The notes: generated by a model not told the origin, from the letters alone. DNA of 64,000 nucleotides from Alphaproteobacteria bacterium (GCA_964291415.2 OZ219920.1:1504001-1568000), one strand, 5' to 3'; counted from the first letter of the stretch, positions 1-11,142 are shown. Program-made: numbers and translations.

Positions 1-380
1 ACCACCTCGGTATCCGTGTCCGACTCGAAGCAGCGCCCCCTGGCGCGCATCTCGTCGCGCAGCGCACGATAGTTCTCGATGATGCCGTTGTGAACGACGG
101 CAACCCGTCCGGTCATGTGGGGGTGGGCATTCCTGCGCGTGGGCGCTCCATGGGTCGCCCATCGCGTATGACCTACCCCGGCCTTCCCCGTCACGCCGTT
201 CGAGGTCAATGCGGCCTCGAGATTGGCGATCTTGCCGGCCTCGCGCCGACGCACGATTCCAGCCTGGTTGAGAACCGCGATGCCAGCCGAATCGTAGCCG
301 CGATACTCGAGCCGGCGCAGTCCGTCGAGGAGTACCGGGACCGCCTCGTCGTCGCCCAGATAGCCGATGATCCCGCACAT
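1..380 (-). CDS. glmS: Glutamine--fructose-6-phosphate aminotransferase, N-terminal part (runs off left edge)
   Basis: Manual translation from ATG at 380: MCGIIGYLGDDEAVPVLLDGLRRLEYRGYDSAGIA (Cys1 Ntn motif, EYRGYDS); directly downstream of glmU. Confidence 0.95.
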   Translation of the reverse strand, partial: MCGIIGYLGDDEAVPVLLDGLRRLEYRGYDSAGIAVLNQAGIVRRREAGKIANLEAALTSNGVTGKAGVGHTRWATHGAPTRRNAHPHMTGRVAVVHNGIIENYRALRDEMRARGRCFESDTDTEV

Positions 381-386
381 GGCCTG

Positions 387-1748
387 TCAGCTTCCGCTGC
401 CTGACTTGCTGCGGCGCCACCGGGAGGCCACGCGCTCGCGAACCGTTTGAGGCGCCCGTTCGAGGGCGATGGCGTCATCGCCGACATCCCGGGTAATCGT
501 GCTGCCGGCGCCAACCATCGTGCCGTCCCCAATGGTGAGCGGCGCCACGAGGGAGGCGTTGGACCCGATGAACGCCCCCTCGCCTATCCGCGTCGGATGC
601 TTGGACACTCCGTCGTAATTGCAGATCACGACTCCGGCGCCGAGATTCGTCCCGGCACCGACCTCGGCATCGCCGACGTAGGCCAGGTGGTTCGCCTTCA
701 CGCCCGTCTCCAGCGTCGAGGCCTTGATCTCGACGAAATTGCCGATTCTCGTGTCAGTGCCGAGGCGAGTGCCGGGGCGCAATCGGGCGAAGGGGCCGAT
801 CACGGCGCCGTCACCGACATGACAGTCCTCGAGGTGACTGAAGCTGCGGATGATGGCGCCGTTGCCGATCGTCACACCCGGCCGGATCACCACATCGGGC
901 TCGATCACGACATCGCGCCCGATCACCGTATCCCAGGAGAGCCACACCGTCTCCGGCGCCACCATCGAACAGCCGGCGACCATGGCGGCATGGCGAAGGC
1001 GGCGCTGCATGACCACTTCGAAACGGGCCAGGTCCACACGATCATCGGCGCCGACGGTATCGTCGGGATCCGTGGTCTCGAGAACGGTCGTCGCCAGGCC
1101 CCGGCGCCGGGCAATCGCGACAACGTCGGACAGGTAGAATTCACCCTTGGTGTTGTCGTTGGAAACCTCGTCAAGGAGTTCGAAGAGACGCCCTGCCTCG
1201 ATACTCATCATCCCCGAGTTGCACAGAGTCGAGGCACGCTCGACTTCGCTGGCATCGTGAAACTCGACAATTCTCTCGAGGGAACCGTCGGCACCGACCA
1301 CCAGCCGGCCGTAGCGGTTGGCTGAAGCGACGTGCACGCCCAGGACCGAGGCCACGGCGCCGCTCCTGCGTCGCGCCACGACGAGATCGTGAATGGCGGA
1401 CGCCTGCAGCGTCGGCGCATCGCCGAACAGCACCACGACATCTCCGTCGTCGGCCAGTCCCTGGAGGGCGCGACATGCCGCCTTGACCGCATCGGCCGTG
1501 CCGCGCGGTTCCTGCTGGACGACGACACTGGCGGGCCTGACCGCTTCGGCCGTCTTCTCGTCTCCGGGTCCGGTCACCACGACGACGCGTTCGGGCCCGA
1601 TCGGCTCGGCTGCGGCGATCACGTGATTCACCATGGGCCTGCCGACGACCGTGTGCATGGCCTTGGGCAGGTCCGATTTCATGCGCGTGCCCCGTCCTGC
1701 CGCGAGCACGACCACGGCGACGTCCTTCAGGGCGAGAGCGGAATCCAT
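387..1748 (-). CDS. glmU: Bifunctional UDP-GlcNAc pyrophosphorylase / glucosamine-1-phosphate acetyltransferase
   Basis: LAAGRGTRMKS nucleotidyltransferase motif, hexapeptide repeats, GPFARLRPG, NYDG; start set at MDSALALK. Confidence 0.96.
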   Translation of the reverse strand: MDSALALKDVAVVVLAAGRGTRMKSDLPKAMHTVVGRPMVNHVIAAAEPIGPERVVVVTGPGDEKTAEAVRPASVVVQQEPRGTADAVKAACRALQGLADDGDVVVLFGDAPTLQASAIHDLVVARRRSGAVASVLGVHVASANRYGRLVVGADGSLERIVEFHDASEVERASTLCNSGMMSIEAGRLFELLDEVSNDNTKGEFYLSDVVAIARRRGLATTVLETTDPDDTVGADDRVDLARFEVVMQRRLRHAAMVAGCSMVAPETVWLSWDTVIGRDVVIEPDVVIRPGVTIGNGAIIRSFSHLEDCHVGDGAVIGPFARLRPGTRLGTDTRIGNFVEIKASTLETGVKANHLAYVGDAEVGAGTNLGAGVVICNYDGVSKHPTRIGEGAFIGSNASLVAPLTIGDGTMVGAGSTITRDVGDDAIALERAPQTVRERVASRWRRSKSGSGS

Positions 1749-1873
1749 GCATACCCCTTTCGGTAACCAGCGGTTGGTGCCACACTTGAAAAAGTGACCG
1801 AAGTCAAGAATTGCAACACTCAATGACACGATTCCGCCGCCACAGCGGGCCTCTTCCGCCTGCTGCCATGTGA

Positions 1874-2554
1874 GTGCACGTGGCAAGCGTCCTCAGGCAC
1901 AGGTTTCGCGCGGTCATCTTCGATCTGGACGGTACGCTGATCGACAGCGCGCCGGATATCGCCGATGCCATCAACATGGTGATGGCCGAATACGGGCGCC
2001 AGGCGCTGACCGAACGGGCGGTGCGGGACATGGTGGGCAGCGGCTGGACGGGCCTTCTTGAACGCGCCATGACCCTGACCGGGGGTATGCCCGAAGGGGC
2101 CGCCTCTGCCATCGAGGACAGGTTTCGCCAGTTCTACCTGCCGCGCAGCACGCGCCTCTCAAGCCTCTATCCGGGCGTTGCCGGGACCATCGACGCACTC
2201 CGGCGGGACGGCACGGCGATCGGCGTGTGCACGAACAAGCGGCAGGCCGGCGCCGATCATGTCGTTGCCACATTCGGCCTCGAGCAGGCCGTCGGCGCCG
2301 TGGTTGGCGGCGATACCGGCGTGATGAAACCCGACCCGGCCCATCTGGCCAAGGTGCTCAACCGGCTCGGTGTGGGCGCCGCCGATGCCGTCATGGTGGG
2401 AGACAGCCACGCCGACGTGGCCGCCGCCCACGGCGCCGGCATGCCGTGCGTCGTCGTCAGTTACGGCTATGCCGGTGGAGAGCCCGCTGCGCTGGGCGGC
2501 GACCGCATGATCGACTGCATGAAGGACCTCATCCCGGCACTCACCGGTCTGTGA
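1874..2554 (+). CDS. gph: HAD-family phosphatase, phosphoglycolate phosphatase-like
   Basis: FDLDGTLIDS motif I, TNK, KPDP, MVGDS..D; divergent from glmU. Confidence 0.85.
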   Translation: MHVASVLRHRFRAVIFDLDGTLIDSAPDIADAINMVMAEYGRQALTERAVRDMVGSGWTGLLERAMTLTGGMPEGAASAIEDRFRQFYLPRSTRLSSLYPGVAGTIDALRRDGTAIGVCTNKRQAGADHVVATFGLEQAVGAVVGGDTGVMKPDPAHLAKVLNRLGVGAADAVMVGDSHADVAAAHGAGMPCVVVSYGYAGGEPAALGGDRMIDCMKDLIPALTGL

Positions 2555-2567
2555 GCATGCAATCGGA

Positions 2568-4097
2568 TCAGGTGACCGTATCGGGCAGTTCCGTCTTGCG
2601 GCGGGCTATGAAGTCCTGCAGGGCCTCGTCACGGGCCTGGTCCAGAGGCGGCGGCTCGTAGGCCTCAAGGCGCCGGCGGGCGATGGCCACGGCGCGCTCG
2701 TCATGGGTGAGTTCGCCCTCGGCCTGCCACTGCTCGAAACTGTTGTTGTCGGCGATCTCGGGGATGAAGAATCCTTCGAGGTAGTTCCGCCTGGTATGGG
2801 CACAACCGAGGAAGTGGTTGCCCGGACCGACTTCGCGTATCGCCTCGAGACCGAGGCCATTCTCCGAAAGATCGAGCCGGCGGCAGAAACTCTGCAGCAT
2901 CGCCACCTGTTCGGTATCCATGATGAACTTGCCGTAGCCGGCGGTCAGCCCCGCCTCGAGCCAACCCGCGGCATGGAGCACGAAGTTGGTCCCGGCCAGC
3001 AGCGTTGCCGTCATGGTCTGCATCGACTCATAGGCTGCCTGGGCATCGGCGACCTTGGCGCCATTGAGCATGCCGCCGGATCGCAGCGGGACCCGGTAGC
3101 GGCGGGCGAGCTGTCCCACCGCGTAGATCATCTGCAAAGTCTCCGGTGTTCCCATCATCGGCGCCCCCGACCGCATCGAGACGGTGGCAAGGAAGCTGCC
3201 GTACACCATGGGCACCCCGGGACGGACGATCTGGGCATAGGCGAGACCCGACACCACCTCGGCATTGAGCTGGGCGATGGCGCCGGCGGTCACCACCGGA
3301 GCCATGGCCCCTGCCATGATGAACGGGGTCACGAGTACAGCCTGGTTGTGTTCGGCGTAGTGACGCAATGCGCCAATCATGGAGCCGTCCCAGACGAGGG
3401 GCGAGTTGCAGTTGACGACCGAAGTCATCACCGTGTTCTCGCGAATGGTGTCTGCGCCGAAGAGAATCTCGCACAGGCGGCACGAATCGAGAGCGCGTTC
3501 GGGCGCCGACTGCACGCCCATGAACGGCTTGTCGGAGTACTTCATGTGAGAATAGACGATATCGAGATGGCGCCTGGGCACGGGCACGTCCACCGGTTCG
3601 CAGATGATCCCGCCGGAATGGTGAATCACCGGCGACATGTAGGCGAGCTTGATGAAGTTCTGCAGGTCCTCGAGTGTCGCGTAGCGACGCTGGTTCGAAA
3701 GATCGCGGACGAAGGGCGAACCGAACGTGGGGGCAAAGACCGTGTTGTCGCCGCCGACCACCACGTTGCGCTCAGGGTTGCGCGCCATCTGCACATAGCT
3801 TTCCGGCACCTTTGCAAGGAGATCCTCTATCAGGGCCCGCGGAATCCTCACCCGCTCGCCCGTCACGTCGGCACCCGCCTCCTTCCACTGGCGGCAGGCC
3901 TCGCCATCGCGGAAGTCGATGCCGGTTTCCTCGAGGATCTGCATGGAGGTGTGGTGAAGCAGATCGACTCCCCCCTCGTCGAGGAGCTCGTAGACCGGTA
4001 TCTCGCGCGTGATGTAGCGCTTCTGGACAATGGGCGCACCGATGCGCTCGCGATGGCGTCTGGCCCGTCCCCCGCGCCGGCCACGCGTTTCAGCCAT
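2568..4097 (-). CDS. Trimethylamine methyltransferase (MttB) family protein, non-pyrrolysine type
   Basis: Arg-rich N-terminus RGRRGGRARR, CEPVDVP, SDKPFMG, NCNSPL, HAAGWLE, GPGNHFLG; no in-frame TAG. Confidence 0.9.
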   Translation of the reverse strand: MAETRGRRGGRARRHRERIGAPIVQKRYITREIPVYELLDEGGVDLLHHTSMQILEETGIDFRDGEACRQWKEAGADVTGERVRIPRALIEDLLAKVPESYVQMARNPERNVVVGGDNTVFAPTFGSPFVRDLSNQRRYATLEDLQNFIKLAYMSPVIHHSGGIICEPVDVPVPRRHLDIVYSHMKYSDKPFMGVQSAPERALDSCRLCEILFGADTIRENTVMTSVVNCNSPLVWDGSMIGALRHYAEHNQAVLVTPFIMAGAMAPVVTAGAIAQLNAEVVSGLAYAQIVRPGVPMVYGSFLATVSMRSGAPMMGTPETLQMIYAVGQLARRYRVPLRSGGMLNGAKVADAQAAYESMQTMTATLLAGTNFVLHAAGWLEAGLTAGYGKFIMDTEQVAMLQSFCRRLDLSENGLGLEAIREVGPGNHFLGCAHTRRNYLEGFFIPEIADNNSFEQWQAEGELTHDERAVAIARRRLEAYEPPPLDQARDEALQDFIARRKTELPDTVT

Positions 4098-4148
4098 GTC
4101 TCGTTCCCCCGTTGAGCGCGGCCGCATGTGAAATCAAGGGGCGAGGCA

Positions 4149-4196
4149 AGTCAATCGGGCAAAGCCGATTGACACGCCCGCCACGCCTTATCTAAT
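4149..4196. promoter_or_regulatory. Back-to-back sigma70-like promoters (atp operon on +, mttB on -) within a 9-bp inverted repeat
   Basis: TTGACA (4169-4174)-16 bp-TCTAAT (4191-4196) on +; TTGACT (4154-4149) on -; GTCAATCGG-N6-CCGATTGAC at 4150-4173. Confidence 0.55.
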
Positions 4197-4246
4197 GTGC
4201 GCCGGCATTTTCCGGCGGCCCTTGACTGCCAGGCTGGCGAGACGAC

Positions 4247-4576
4247 ATGGCGGATGATCCGTCCGATCTTGAGACACGAATCGCCGCAGCCCGAAAGAAG
4301 GGCAGGGGTGGCAGGACGACGGGGAAGGCACAGGCATCCGGTTACGGCATGGCCGTCCGCATGGCGGTCGAAATGGTTGCTGCCCTGGCCGTTTCCGTCT
4401 TTCTGGGACTCTGGATCGACGGGGAGCTGGATACCGCGCCGCTGTTCCTGGTGATCTTTCTGGTCATGGGCATGGCGGCCGGTGTCATCAACGTTGTGAG
4501 GGCGGCAGGGATGATGACTCGCGGATCGCAGTGCGGTCCCGTGGACGGCGAAGAGGATCGAACGCGTGGCGACTGA
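4247..4576 (+). CDS. atpI: ATP synthase protein I (AtpZ/AtpI family)
   Basis: Two TM helices, GLWIDGELDTAPLFL...GMAAGVINV; first gene of F0 operon. Confidence 0.88.
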   Translation: MADDPSDLETRIAAARKKGRGGRTTGKAQASGYGMAVRMAVEMVAALAVSVFLGLWIDGELDTAPLFLVIFLVMGMAAGVINVVRAAGMMTRGSQCGPVDGEEDRTRGD

Positions 4577-5315
4577 CTCCGGACACAATCCGCTTGATCA
4601 GTTTGCAGTGTCGCCAATCGTCGAGTTCGGCATCGGCGACCTCGACCTTGCGATTACCAACTCGGTCATCTGGATGATGGCGGCAACTGCACTCGTCATC
4701 GTCTTCACCACCGTGTTCATCGGACGGCGCAGCATGGTCCCGGGACGCATGCAGTCCCTGGTGGAGATCTCCTACGAGTTCATCGCCAACATGCTGGAGG
4801 ACAACGTGGGGGAACAGGGCCGTCCCTTCTTTCCCTTCGTCTTCACCCTCTTCATGTTCATTCTCTTCTGCAACATGCTGGGCATGCTGCCGTACAGCTT
4901 CACGGTCACAAGCCAGATCGTTGTCACCTTCGCACTCGCCCTTGTCGTCTTCATCGGGGTCACGATCGTCGGTTTCGTGAAACATGGGCTGGGCTTCTTC
5001 AGGTTCTTCCTGCCCCACGGTGTCCCGGGCTTTCTTGCTCCCCTTGTGATCCCCATCGAGATCCTGTCCTATCTCATTCGCCCGGTGAGCCTGGGCCTGC
5101 GCCTCTTTGCCAACCTGACGGCTGGCCACACCATGCTGAAGGTGTTCGCCGGCTTCGTGGCGCCGCTGGGGGCCCTGTGGATCCTCCCTGGCGCCGTCCC
5201 CATGGCGGCAGTCATTGGATTGACATTTCTCGAATTCGCCATCGCGTTCCTGCAAGCCTATGTGTTTGCCGTGCTGAGCTGTATCTACCTGCACGACGCG
5301 ATTCACATGCACTGA
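4566..5315 (+). CDS. atpB: F0 ATP synthase subunit a
   Basis: VPGRMQ, RPVSLGLRLFANLTAGH, LQAYVF. Confidence 0.97.
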   Translation: MATDSGHNPLDQFAVSPIVEFGIGDLDLAITNSVIWMMAATALVIVFTTVFIGRRSMVPGRMQSLVEISYEFIANMLEDNVGEQGRPFFPFVFTLFMFILFCNMLGMLPYSFTVTSQIVVTFALALVVFIGVTIVGFVKHGLGFFRFFLPHGVPGFLAPLVIPIEILSYLIRPVSLGLRLFANLTAGHTMLKVFAGFVAPLGALWILPGAVPMAAVIGLTFLEFAIAFLQAYVFAVLSCIYLHDAIHMH

Positions 5316-5366
5316 CGGGTTTCCTCCCGTCCAGGCAAACCCTCCTCGAACTGGAAAGGACCTTTC

Positions 5367-5597
5367 ATGATGGATGCAGAAGCTGCAAAGCTCATTGGCG
5401 CCGGCCTTGCGGTGATCGGACTGGGTGGCGTTGGTGCCGGTATCGGCCATATCTTCGCCTCGATGATCTCCGCGGTCGGACGCAATCCGGCGGCGGCCGG
5501 CAATGTCCAGGGCTTCATGTGGATCGGCTTCGCCCTCGTCGAGGCCGTGGCGCTTTACGCCCTGCTCATCGCCCTGCTTCTCCTCTTCGTCTTCTGA
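5367..5597 (+). CDS. atpE: F0 ATP synthase subunit c
   Basis: GxGxG helix, RNP loop, FALVEA with proton-binding Glu. Confidence 0.97.
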   Translation: MMDAEAAKLIGAGLAVIGLGGVGAGIGHIFASMISAVGRNPAAAGNVQGFMWIGFALVEAVALYALLIALLLLFVF

Positions 5598-5632
5598 TCA
5601 CGCGCGGCGTCTGAGCCGGAGGACAACGATCC

Positions 5633-6118
5633 ATGCCACAGCTGGAATTCTGGCACTTCCTGCCGCAGTTCTTCTGGCTCGCGGTCTGCTTCGTGTTCCT
5701 CTATGTCATCATGGCATTCGTTGCGTTGCCACGAATCGGCCGTGTCCTGACCGACCGCAAGCACAGGATCGAACAGGATCTTGATGGCGCCGAGAAGGCG
5801 AGAGCCGACGCCGAACAGGCGCGTCTCGATTATGAAAGTTCTCTCGAGGAGGCCCGCAACAGGGCGCGATCCATCATCGGCGAGGCCGTTCAGCAGGCGG
5901 CCGACGAGGGGGAACGGCAGTTCGAGGCGCTCGACCGCGAAACCGGTCGCGAACTCGAGGACGCACAACGCGCCATCGACGAAGCCCGGGCCGCAGCCCT
6001 TGCCAATCTCGAAGGCGTGGCCGTGGAAGCGGCGCGCCTGGCAACCCGGCGGCTGACCGGAGCCGACGTCAGCGACGAGGATGCCCTCAGGGCGCTGGCG
6101 GCTGTTCGGGAGAACTGA
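5633..6118 (+). CDS. F0 ATP synthase subunit b'
   Basis: MPQL...QFFWL N-terminal TM, LPRI, coiled-coil; lies between c and b. Confidence 0.92.
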   Translation: MPQLEFWHFLPQFFWLAVCFVFLYVIMAFVALPRIGRVLTDRKHRIEQDLDGAEKARADAEQARLDYESSLEEARNRARSIIGEAVQQAADEGERQFEALDRETGRELEDAQRAIDEARAAALANLEGVAVEAARLATRRLTGADVSDEDALRALAAVREN

Positions 6119-6120
6119 CC

Positions 6121-6612
6121 ATGGAGCATCTGTTCGAGGATCCTTCCTTCTGGGTGGCCGTCGCCTTCGTGGTCGCCGTTGCCATCGCCGCCAGGCCGCT
6201 TTCTTCCTGGATCATATCCGCACTCGACAGGCGCAGCGGGGAGATCGCAAGACGACTCGATGAAGCGAACGCGCTGAACGAGGAGGCAAGGGAACTGCTC
6301 TCTTCCTACCGGCGCAAGCATCGCGAGGCGGAAGCCGAGATCGCCGACATCATGGCGCGGGCGCACGAGGAAGCGGAAACCCTGAAGCGCAATGCGTCCC
6401 GCGAGCTCCAGGCGAGATTGGCCCAACGGCGCCAGGCGGCACAGGAGAGAATCCGTCAGGCCGAGGCCGATGCCGTCAATCAGGTTCGCGAAGCTGCGGT
6501 CGATCTCGCCCTTGGAGCCACGGCACGACTCATCCACGCGCGGCTTGACGACAGCGAACAGTCGCGCCTCGTGGGCGAAGCCATCGACGAGCTCGACCAG
6601 CGCCTCGCCTGA
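6121..6612 (+). CDS. atpF: F0 ATP synthase subunit b
   Basis: FWVAVAF TM, LDRR..I, Ala/Glu/Arg coiled-coil. Confidence 0.92.
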   Translation: MEHLFEDPSFWVAVAFVVAVAIAARPLSSWIISALDRRSGEIARRLDEANALNEEARELLSSYRRKHREAEAEIADIMARAHEEAETLKRNASRELQARLAQRRQAAQERIRQAEADAVNQVREAAVDLALGATARLIHARLDDSEQSRLVGEAIDELDQRLA

Positions 6613-6740
6613 ACAGGCCGCACTCCGACGACGCGGCCCACGGACAGCCAATCAATGCCTGACCGGGTGTCATTCCTGGCTTCGTGAGGTGCGCCGGAAA
6701 GAGGGGCGACGTCTGACAAGGCACCATTCTCTGAGGCGGG

Positions 6741-8222
6741 TCAGTCAGGCGTCCAGGTCAGCACGGGACGGCGGGCAGCCGCCGTTTCGTCCAGCCTCTT
6801 CCAGGGTGCGAAACGCGGCGCGTTGTGGAAGAGGTCCTGATTCCCCTTCCTCGCTTCCTCCGCCAGATGCACCATGACATCGCAGAACCGGTCGATGCTC
6901 TGACGGCTTTCGGTTTCCGTCGGCTCGATGAGCATGGCGCCGTGGACGATGAGCGGGAAATACACGGTCATGGGATGGTATCCCTCGTCGATCATCGCCT
7001 TGGCAATGTCGAGGGTGGAGATCCCCGTATCCTTCAGATTCCCGTCGTCGAACAGGCACTCGTGCATGCATGGTCCCGGAAACGGCGCGTTGTAGGCGTC
7101 GGAAAGACGCGCCAGCACGTAGTTGGCATTCAGCACGGCATCCTCGGCGACCTGGCGCAGCCCGTCGGCGCCATGACTCATCATGTAGGCGAGTGCCCGC
7201 ACAAACATGCCCATCTGCCCGTGGAAACTGCGCAGGCGACCGAACGCCAGTCCGTCGCTGTCGTGCTCGATGAGCCGCCAGTCGTCGCCATCGGCCTCGA
7301 TGCGCGGCAATGGCGCAAAGGGCACCAGCTCTCCGCAAAGAACCACCGGACCACTCCCCGGACCCCCTCCTCCGTGGGGAGTCGAGAAGGTCTTGTGAAG
7401 ATTGATGTGCATCGCGTCCACACCGAGGTCTCCCGGCCTCACCCGGCCGACGATGGCGTTGAAGTTGGCGCCATCGGCATAGAGAAAGGCTCCCGCAGAG
7501 TGCAGCATGTCGGCGATTGTCATGATGTCGGTCTCGAAGAGCCCGCAGGTGTTGGGATTGGTCAACATCAGGGCGGCAACGTCGTCGTCGAGGGCTCGCT
7601 CGAAGGCAGCCAAGTCGACACGTCCTCTGGCGTCGCAGGGCACGGTGTCGACACGGTAGTCGCAGAGCGCTGCCGTCGCCGGGTTCGTGCCGTGGGCCGA
7701 CTCGGGAACGAGGATCCTGCGTCGCGCATCGCCCCTGGCAGTGAGAGCGGCACGAATGCACATCAGGCCGCCAAACTCGCCGTGCGCACCAGCCGCCGGT
7801 GACATGGCCACGCCCTGCATGCCGGTGAGAGTGGTGAGCCAATGCGCCAGAGTGGCCATGAGTTCCAGGCAGCCCTGTACCGTCGCCGGTGGCTGCAAGG
7901 GGTGCGCCATGGCAAATCCCGGCAGACGGGCGACCTTCTCGTTTATCCGGGGATTGTGCTTCATGGTGCACGACCCCAGGGGATAGAGACCCGAATCGAT
8001 CGCGTAGTTCTTCTGCGACAACCGCGTGAAGTGACGGATCACTTCGGGTTCCGAGACCCCTGGCAGGCCGATGGACTGGCGCTTCTTGACGCCGCCCAGC
8101 TTCGGGGCCTTGCCTTCCGGTTCCGGAAGATCGACTCCGCTGTGCCCGCCACTGTCGAGTTCGAACAGCAGCGGTTCGTCCATGACCAAGCCGCGATGGC
8201 CACCCGATGTCACGTCGCTCAT
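6741..8222 (-). CDS. gcvPB: Glycine dehydrogenase (decarboxylating) subunit 2
   Basis: [38 protein letters not shown] (PLP Lys), IEPTETES. Confidence 0.97.
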   Translation of the reverse strand: MSDVTSGGHRGLVMDEPLLFELDSGGHSGVDLPEPEGKAPKLGGVKKRQSIGLPGVSEPEVIRHFTRLSQKNYAIDSGLYPLGSCTMKHNPRINEKVARLPGFAMAHPLQPPATVQGCLELMATLAHWLTTLTGMQGVAMSPAAGAHGEFGGLMCIRAALTARGDARRRILVPESAHGTNPATAALCDYRVDTVPCDARGRVDLAAFERALDDDVAALMLTNPNTCGLFETDIMTIADMLHSAGAFLYADGANFNAIVGRVRPGDLGVDAMHINLHKTFSTPHGGGGPGSGPVVLCGELVPFAPLPRIEADGDDWRLIEHDSDGLAFGRLRSFHGQMGMFVRALAYMMSHGADGLRQVAEDAVLNANYVLARLSDAYNAPFPGPCMHECLFDDGNLKDTGISTLDIAKAMIDEGYHPMTVYFPLIVHGAMLIEPTETESRQSIDRFCDVMVHLAEEARKGNQDLFHNAPRFAPWKRLDETAAARRPVLTWTPD

Positions 8223-9562
8223 GACAGGATCTCCTGCAGAGCGCCTGCGAGAGCGTCGATCTCCGCGGCCATCGTCATTTCGGTCGCGGCCACCAGCATG
8301 AGGTTCGCCAGCGCGCCATTCGCCGGTTCGAAGCGCGACACCGGAACACCCCCCAGGATGCCCCGCTCGGCGAGCTGGTCGACGACGTCCTGGGCAGGCC
8401 GGGGGAGTTCAAGCGTGAACTCGTTGAAGAATCCGTCGTTCGGCGTGGAAACTCCGTCGATGGCCACGAGCTTTTCCATGGCCCGCTGCGCCGCTTCGTG
8501 GTTGAGGGTGGCCAGTCGGGCAAGGCCCGTTTCCCCGAGCAGCGCAAGATGGATGGTGAAGGCAAGGGCGCACAGACCCGAGTTGGTGCAGATGTTGCTG
8601 GTCGCCTTTTCGCGCCGGATGTGCTGCTCGCGTGTCGACAGGGTGAGAACCCAGCCCCTGCGTCCGTCGGCGTCCACGGTCTCGCCGGCCAGCCGTCCCG
8701 GCATCTGGCGGACATGGCGTTTCCTGGTGGCGAAGAGACCGACATAGGGTCCGCCAAACCCCAAGGAATTGCCCAGTGACTGGCCCTCGCAGACAACGAT
8801 GTCGGCTCCCATCTCGCCAGGCGGGTTGAGAAGGCCGAGCGATACCACTTCGCTCACGGCGACGACCAGAAGAGCCCCCGCGCTGTGGCAGGCTTCGGCC
8901 AGTGCCGAGACGTCATGCAGACGGCCGAAGAAGTCCGGGGTCTGCACGACGACACAGGCCGTCGACCCGTCGATCTGTGATTCGAGGTCAGTCTCGTCAA
9001 CGGCCATGGGCAGCGTCACCACATCAAGGTCGGCATGGCGTACGTACGTGGCAACGGTATCGCGGTAGTGGGGATGAAGCCCGCCCGACACGACGGCCCG
9101 CCGCCGCCTCGTCACGCGGCTTGCCATGAGAACGGCTTCCGCCGCCGCGGAAGCGCCGTCATACATCGAGGCGTTGGCGATCTCCATGCCCGTCAGCATG
9201 GCCACCATGGTCTGGAACTCGAAGAGCATCTGCAGGGTGCCCTGGGAAATCTCCGGCTGGTAGGGCGTGTAGGAGGTGAGAAACTCGCCGCGCTGGATGA
9301 GGGCATCCACGGCTGCCGGCACATGGTGGCGATAGGCGCCGCAACCGAGGAAGAACGGCGCGTTGGCACCGTGCAGATTTCTCTCCGCCATGGCGGAGAG
9401 CGCCCTTTCAACCTCGATTTCTCCCTGATGGAGCGGCAGGTCGAGCAGCTCCTCGCGCCACACGTCCTGGGGCACATCGCCATAGAGATCATCAATGCTG
9501 CGGACTCCGACCACTTCGAGCATGGCGGCGCGGTCGGTATCTGTCAGGGGCAGATAGCGCAT
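8219..9562 (-). CDS. gcvPA: Glycine dehydrogenase (decarboxylating) subunit 1
   Basis: Start MRYLPLT at 9562; [36 protein letters not shown]. Confidence 0.97.
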   Translation of the reverse strand: MRYLPLTDTDRAAMLEVVGVRSIDDLYGDVPQDVWREELLDLPLHQGEIEVERALSAMAERNLHGANAPFFLGCGAYRHHVPAAVDALIQRGEFLTSYTPYQPEISQGTLQMLFEFQTMVAMLTGMEIANASMYDGASAAAEAVLMASRVTRRRRAVVSGGLHPHYRDTVATYVRHADLDVVTLPMAVDETDLESQIDGSTACVVVQTPDFFGRLHDVSALAEACHSAGALLVVAVSEVVSLGLLNPPGEMGADIVVCEGQSLGNSLGFGGPYVGLFATRKRHVRQMPGRLAGETVDADGRRGWVLTLSTREQHIRREKATSNICTNSGLCALAFTIHLALLGETGLARLATLNHEAAQRAMEKLVAIDGVSTPNDGFFNEFTLELPRPAQDVVDQLAERGILGGVPVSRFEPANGALANLMLVAATEMTMAAEIDALAGALQEILS

Positions 9563-9939
9563 CAGGCAAGCTCCGAGAGGTAGTCCCCGTAGGCGTCCTC
9601 GTCCATCAGTTCGTCGAGTTCGCCGGCGTCCGCGAGCCGGATCCGCACGAACCAGCCCGAACCATAGGGATCGGCATTGACCTCCGCCGGGTCGTCGCCG
9701 AGCGCGTCGTTGACCTCGACGACCTCTCCGGAGACGGGAGCGTAGACTTCGCTGGCCGCCTTGACCGACTCGACAACGCACAGTTCGTCATTGCGCGCCA
9801 CCTTCCCCCCTGTTTCCGGCAACTCCACGAAGACGACATCTCCGAGCTGATCCTGGGCATAGTCGGAGATGCCGACGGTGCCGATGTCATCGTCGACATC
9901 GATCCACTCGTGTTCCTTGCTGTAGAGCCTGTTCCCCAT
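9562..9939 (-). CDS. gcvH: Glycine cleavage system H protein
   Basis: [27 protein letters not shown] lipoyl-Lys motif. Confidence 0.97.
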   Translation of the reverse strand: MGNRLYSKEHEWIDVDDDIGTVGISDYAQDQLGDVVFVELPETGGKVARNDELCVVESVKAASEVYAPVSGEVVEVNDALGDDPAEVNADPYGSGWFVRIRLADAGELDELMDEDAYGDYLSELA

Positions 9940-9958
9940 GGTGTCGTCTCCCTTCACG

Positions 9959-11095
9959 TCACCGGTTTCTCGATCGGTGATAGCGGTGTGGCACGAACGG
10001 CAGTGGCCGGATCTCGGCCTCTACCCATGAACTCCGTCTCTCAATCTCGACCACAGTACCGGTTGAGGCCGCCTCGCTCGCCACATAGCCCATGGCGATC
10101 GGCCCTTGTGCCGTCGGACCGAAGGCGCCGCTCGTCACGGCTCCGAGAAGCGCGCCCGATGAGGAGCGAATGGCCGCCCCTTCCCTCACCGGAGCCCGTC
10201 CTTGCGGAACCAGGCCGACCCGGTGCCTTGGCGGGCCGTCGCGCAGCTGCGAGACAATGACGTCGGCGCCGGGAAAACCGCCCTCGAGACGCCGCCGCTT
10301 CTGAATTGACCAGGCGAGGCCCGCCTCGACCGGCGTCGTCGTGGTGTCGATATCGTGGCCGTGAAGGCACAGGCCGGCCTCCAGGCGCAGGCTGTCCCGC
10401 GCGCCAAGCCCGGCCGGCTCGACACCGTCCCCGGCAAGCAGGCGCCGGGCCAGGGACTCGACACCACGGGAGGAGACCGAAACCTCCACGCCGTCCTCGC
10501 CGGTGTAGCCGGAACGGCTGACCAGGAGGGTCTCGCCTTCTTGGGACCACAGTGCCGCCTGCATGAAGGAAAGGCTTTCCGATTCCGGGACCAGCCGTGC
10601 GAAAGCGGCCACGGCTGCCGGCCCCTGCAGGGCGAGGAGAGCCCGTGTCTCGAGGACCTCGATATCGCACTCCTCGCCAATCAGCACGTCCAGGCGCTCG
10701 AAGTCGTCGTGCTTGCGGGCCGCATTCACCACCAGCCACAGGTGATCGCCGAGCGAGGTGACCATCAGGTCGTCAAGTATGCCTCCGGTTCCGTTGGTGA
10801 ACTGGGTGTAGCGCTGCCTTCCGGGATCCAGGCCGACGATATCCGCTGTCACCAGACGCTCGAGGGCGCGGGCCACACTCTCCATGGACGACCCCGGCCT
10901 GGCCGAAAGGCGGACCTGGCCCATGTGGGAGACGTCGAAGAGGCCGGCATATCCGCGCGTATGGCGATGTTCGGCAAGGATGCCGGTCCGGTACTGCAAC
11001 GGCATGGCATAGCCGGCAAAGGGAACCATGCGAGCTCCCAGTTCCCGGTGGAGGACGCCAAGAGGAGTCTCGAGGAGAGTGTCATCAGGGGTCAC
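9959..11095 (-). CDS. gcvT: Glycine cleavage system aminomethyltransferase T
   Basis: FDVSHMG, GGILDD, RSGYTGEDG, GLGARDSLRLEAG; probable GTG start 11095. Confidence 0.96.
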   Translation of the reverse strand: MTPDDTLLETPLGVLHRELGARMVPFAGYAMPLQYRTGILAEHRHTRGYAGLFDVSHMGQVRLSARPGSSMESVARALERLVTADIVGLDPGRQRYTQFTNGTGGILDDLMVTSLGDHLWLVVNAARKHDDFERLDVLIGEECDIEVLETRALLALQGPAAVAAFARLVPESESLSFMQAALWSQEGETLLVSRSGYTGEDGVEVSVSSRGVESLARRLLAGDGVEPAGLGARDSLRLEAGLCLHGHDIDTTTTPVEAGLAWSIQKRRRLEGGFPGADVIVSQLRDGPPRHRVGLVPQGRAPVREGAAIRSSSGALLGAVTSGAFGPTAQGPIAMGYVASEAASTGTVVEIERRSSWVEAEIRPLPFVPHRYHRSRNR

Positions 11096-11142
11096 TGAAC
11101 CTGTTCCGGCCGTTGCAAAGGGGGCGCACACACGTCCGCCTT

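Noticed and set aside
2568-4097. Pyrrolysine recoding in MttB
   Set aside because: ORF is uninterrupted with no in-frame TAG.
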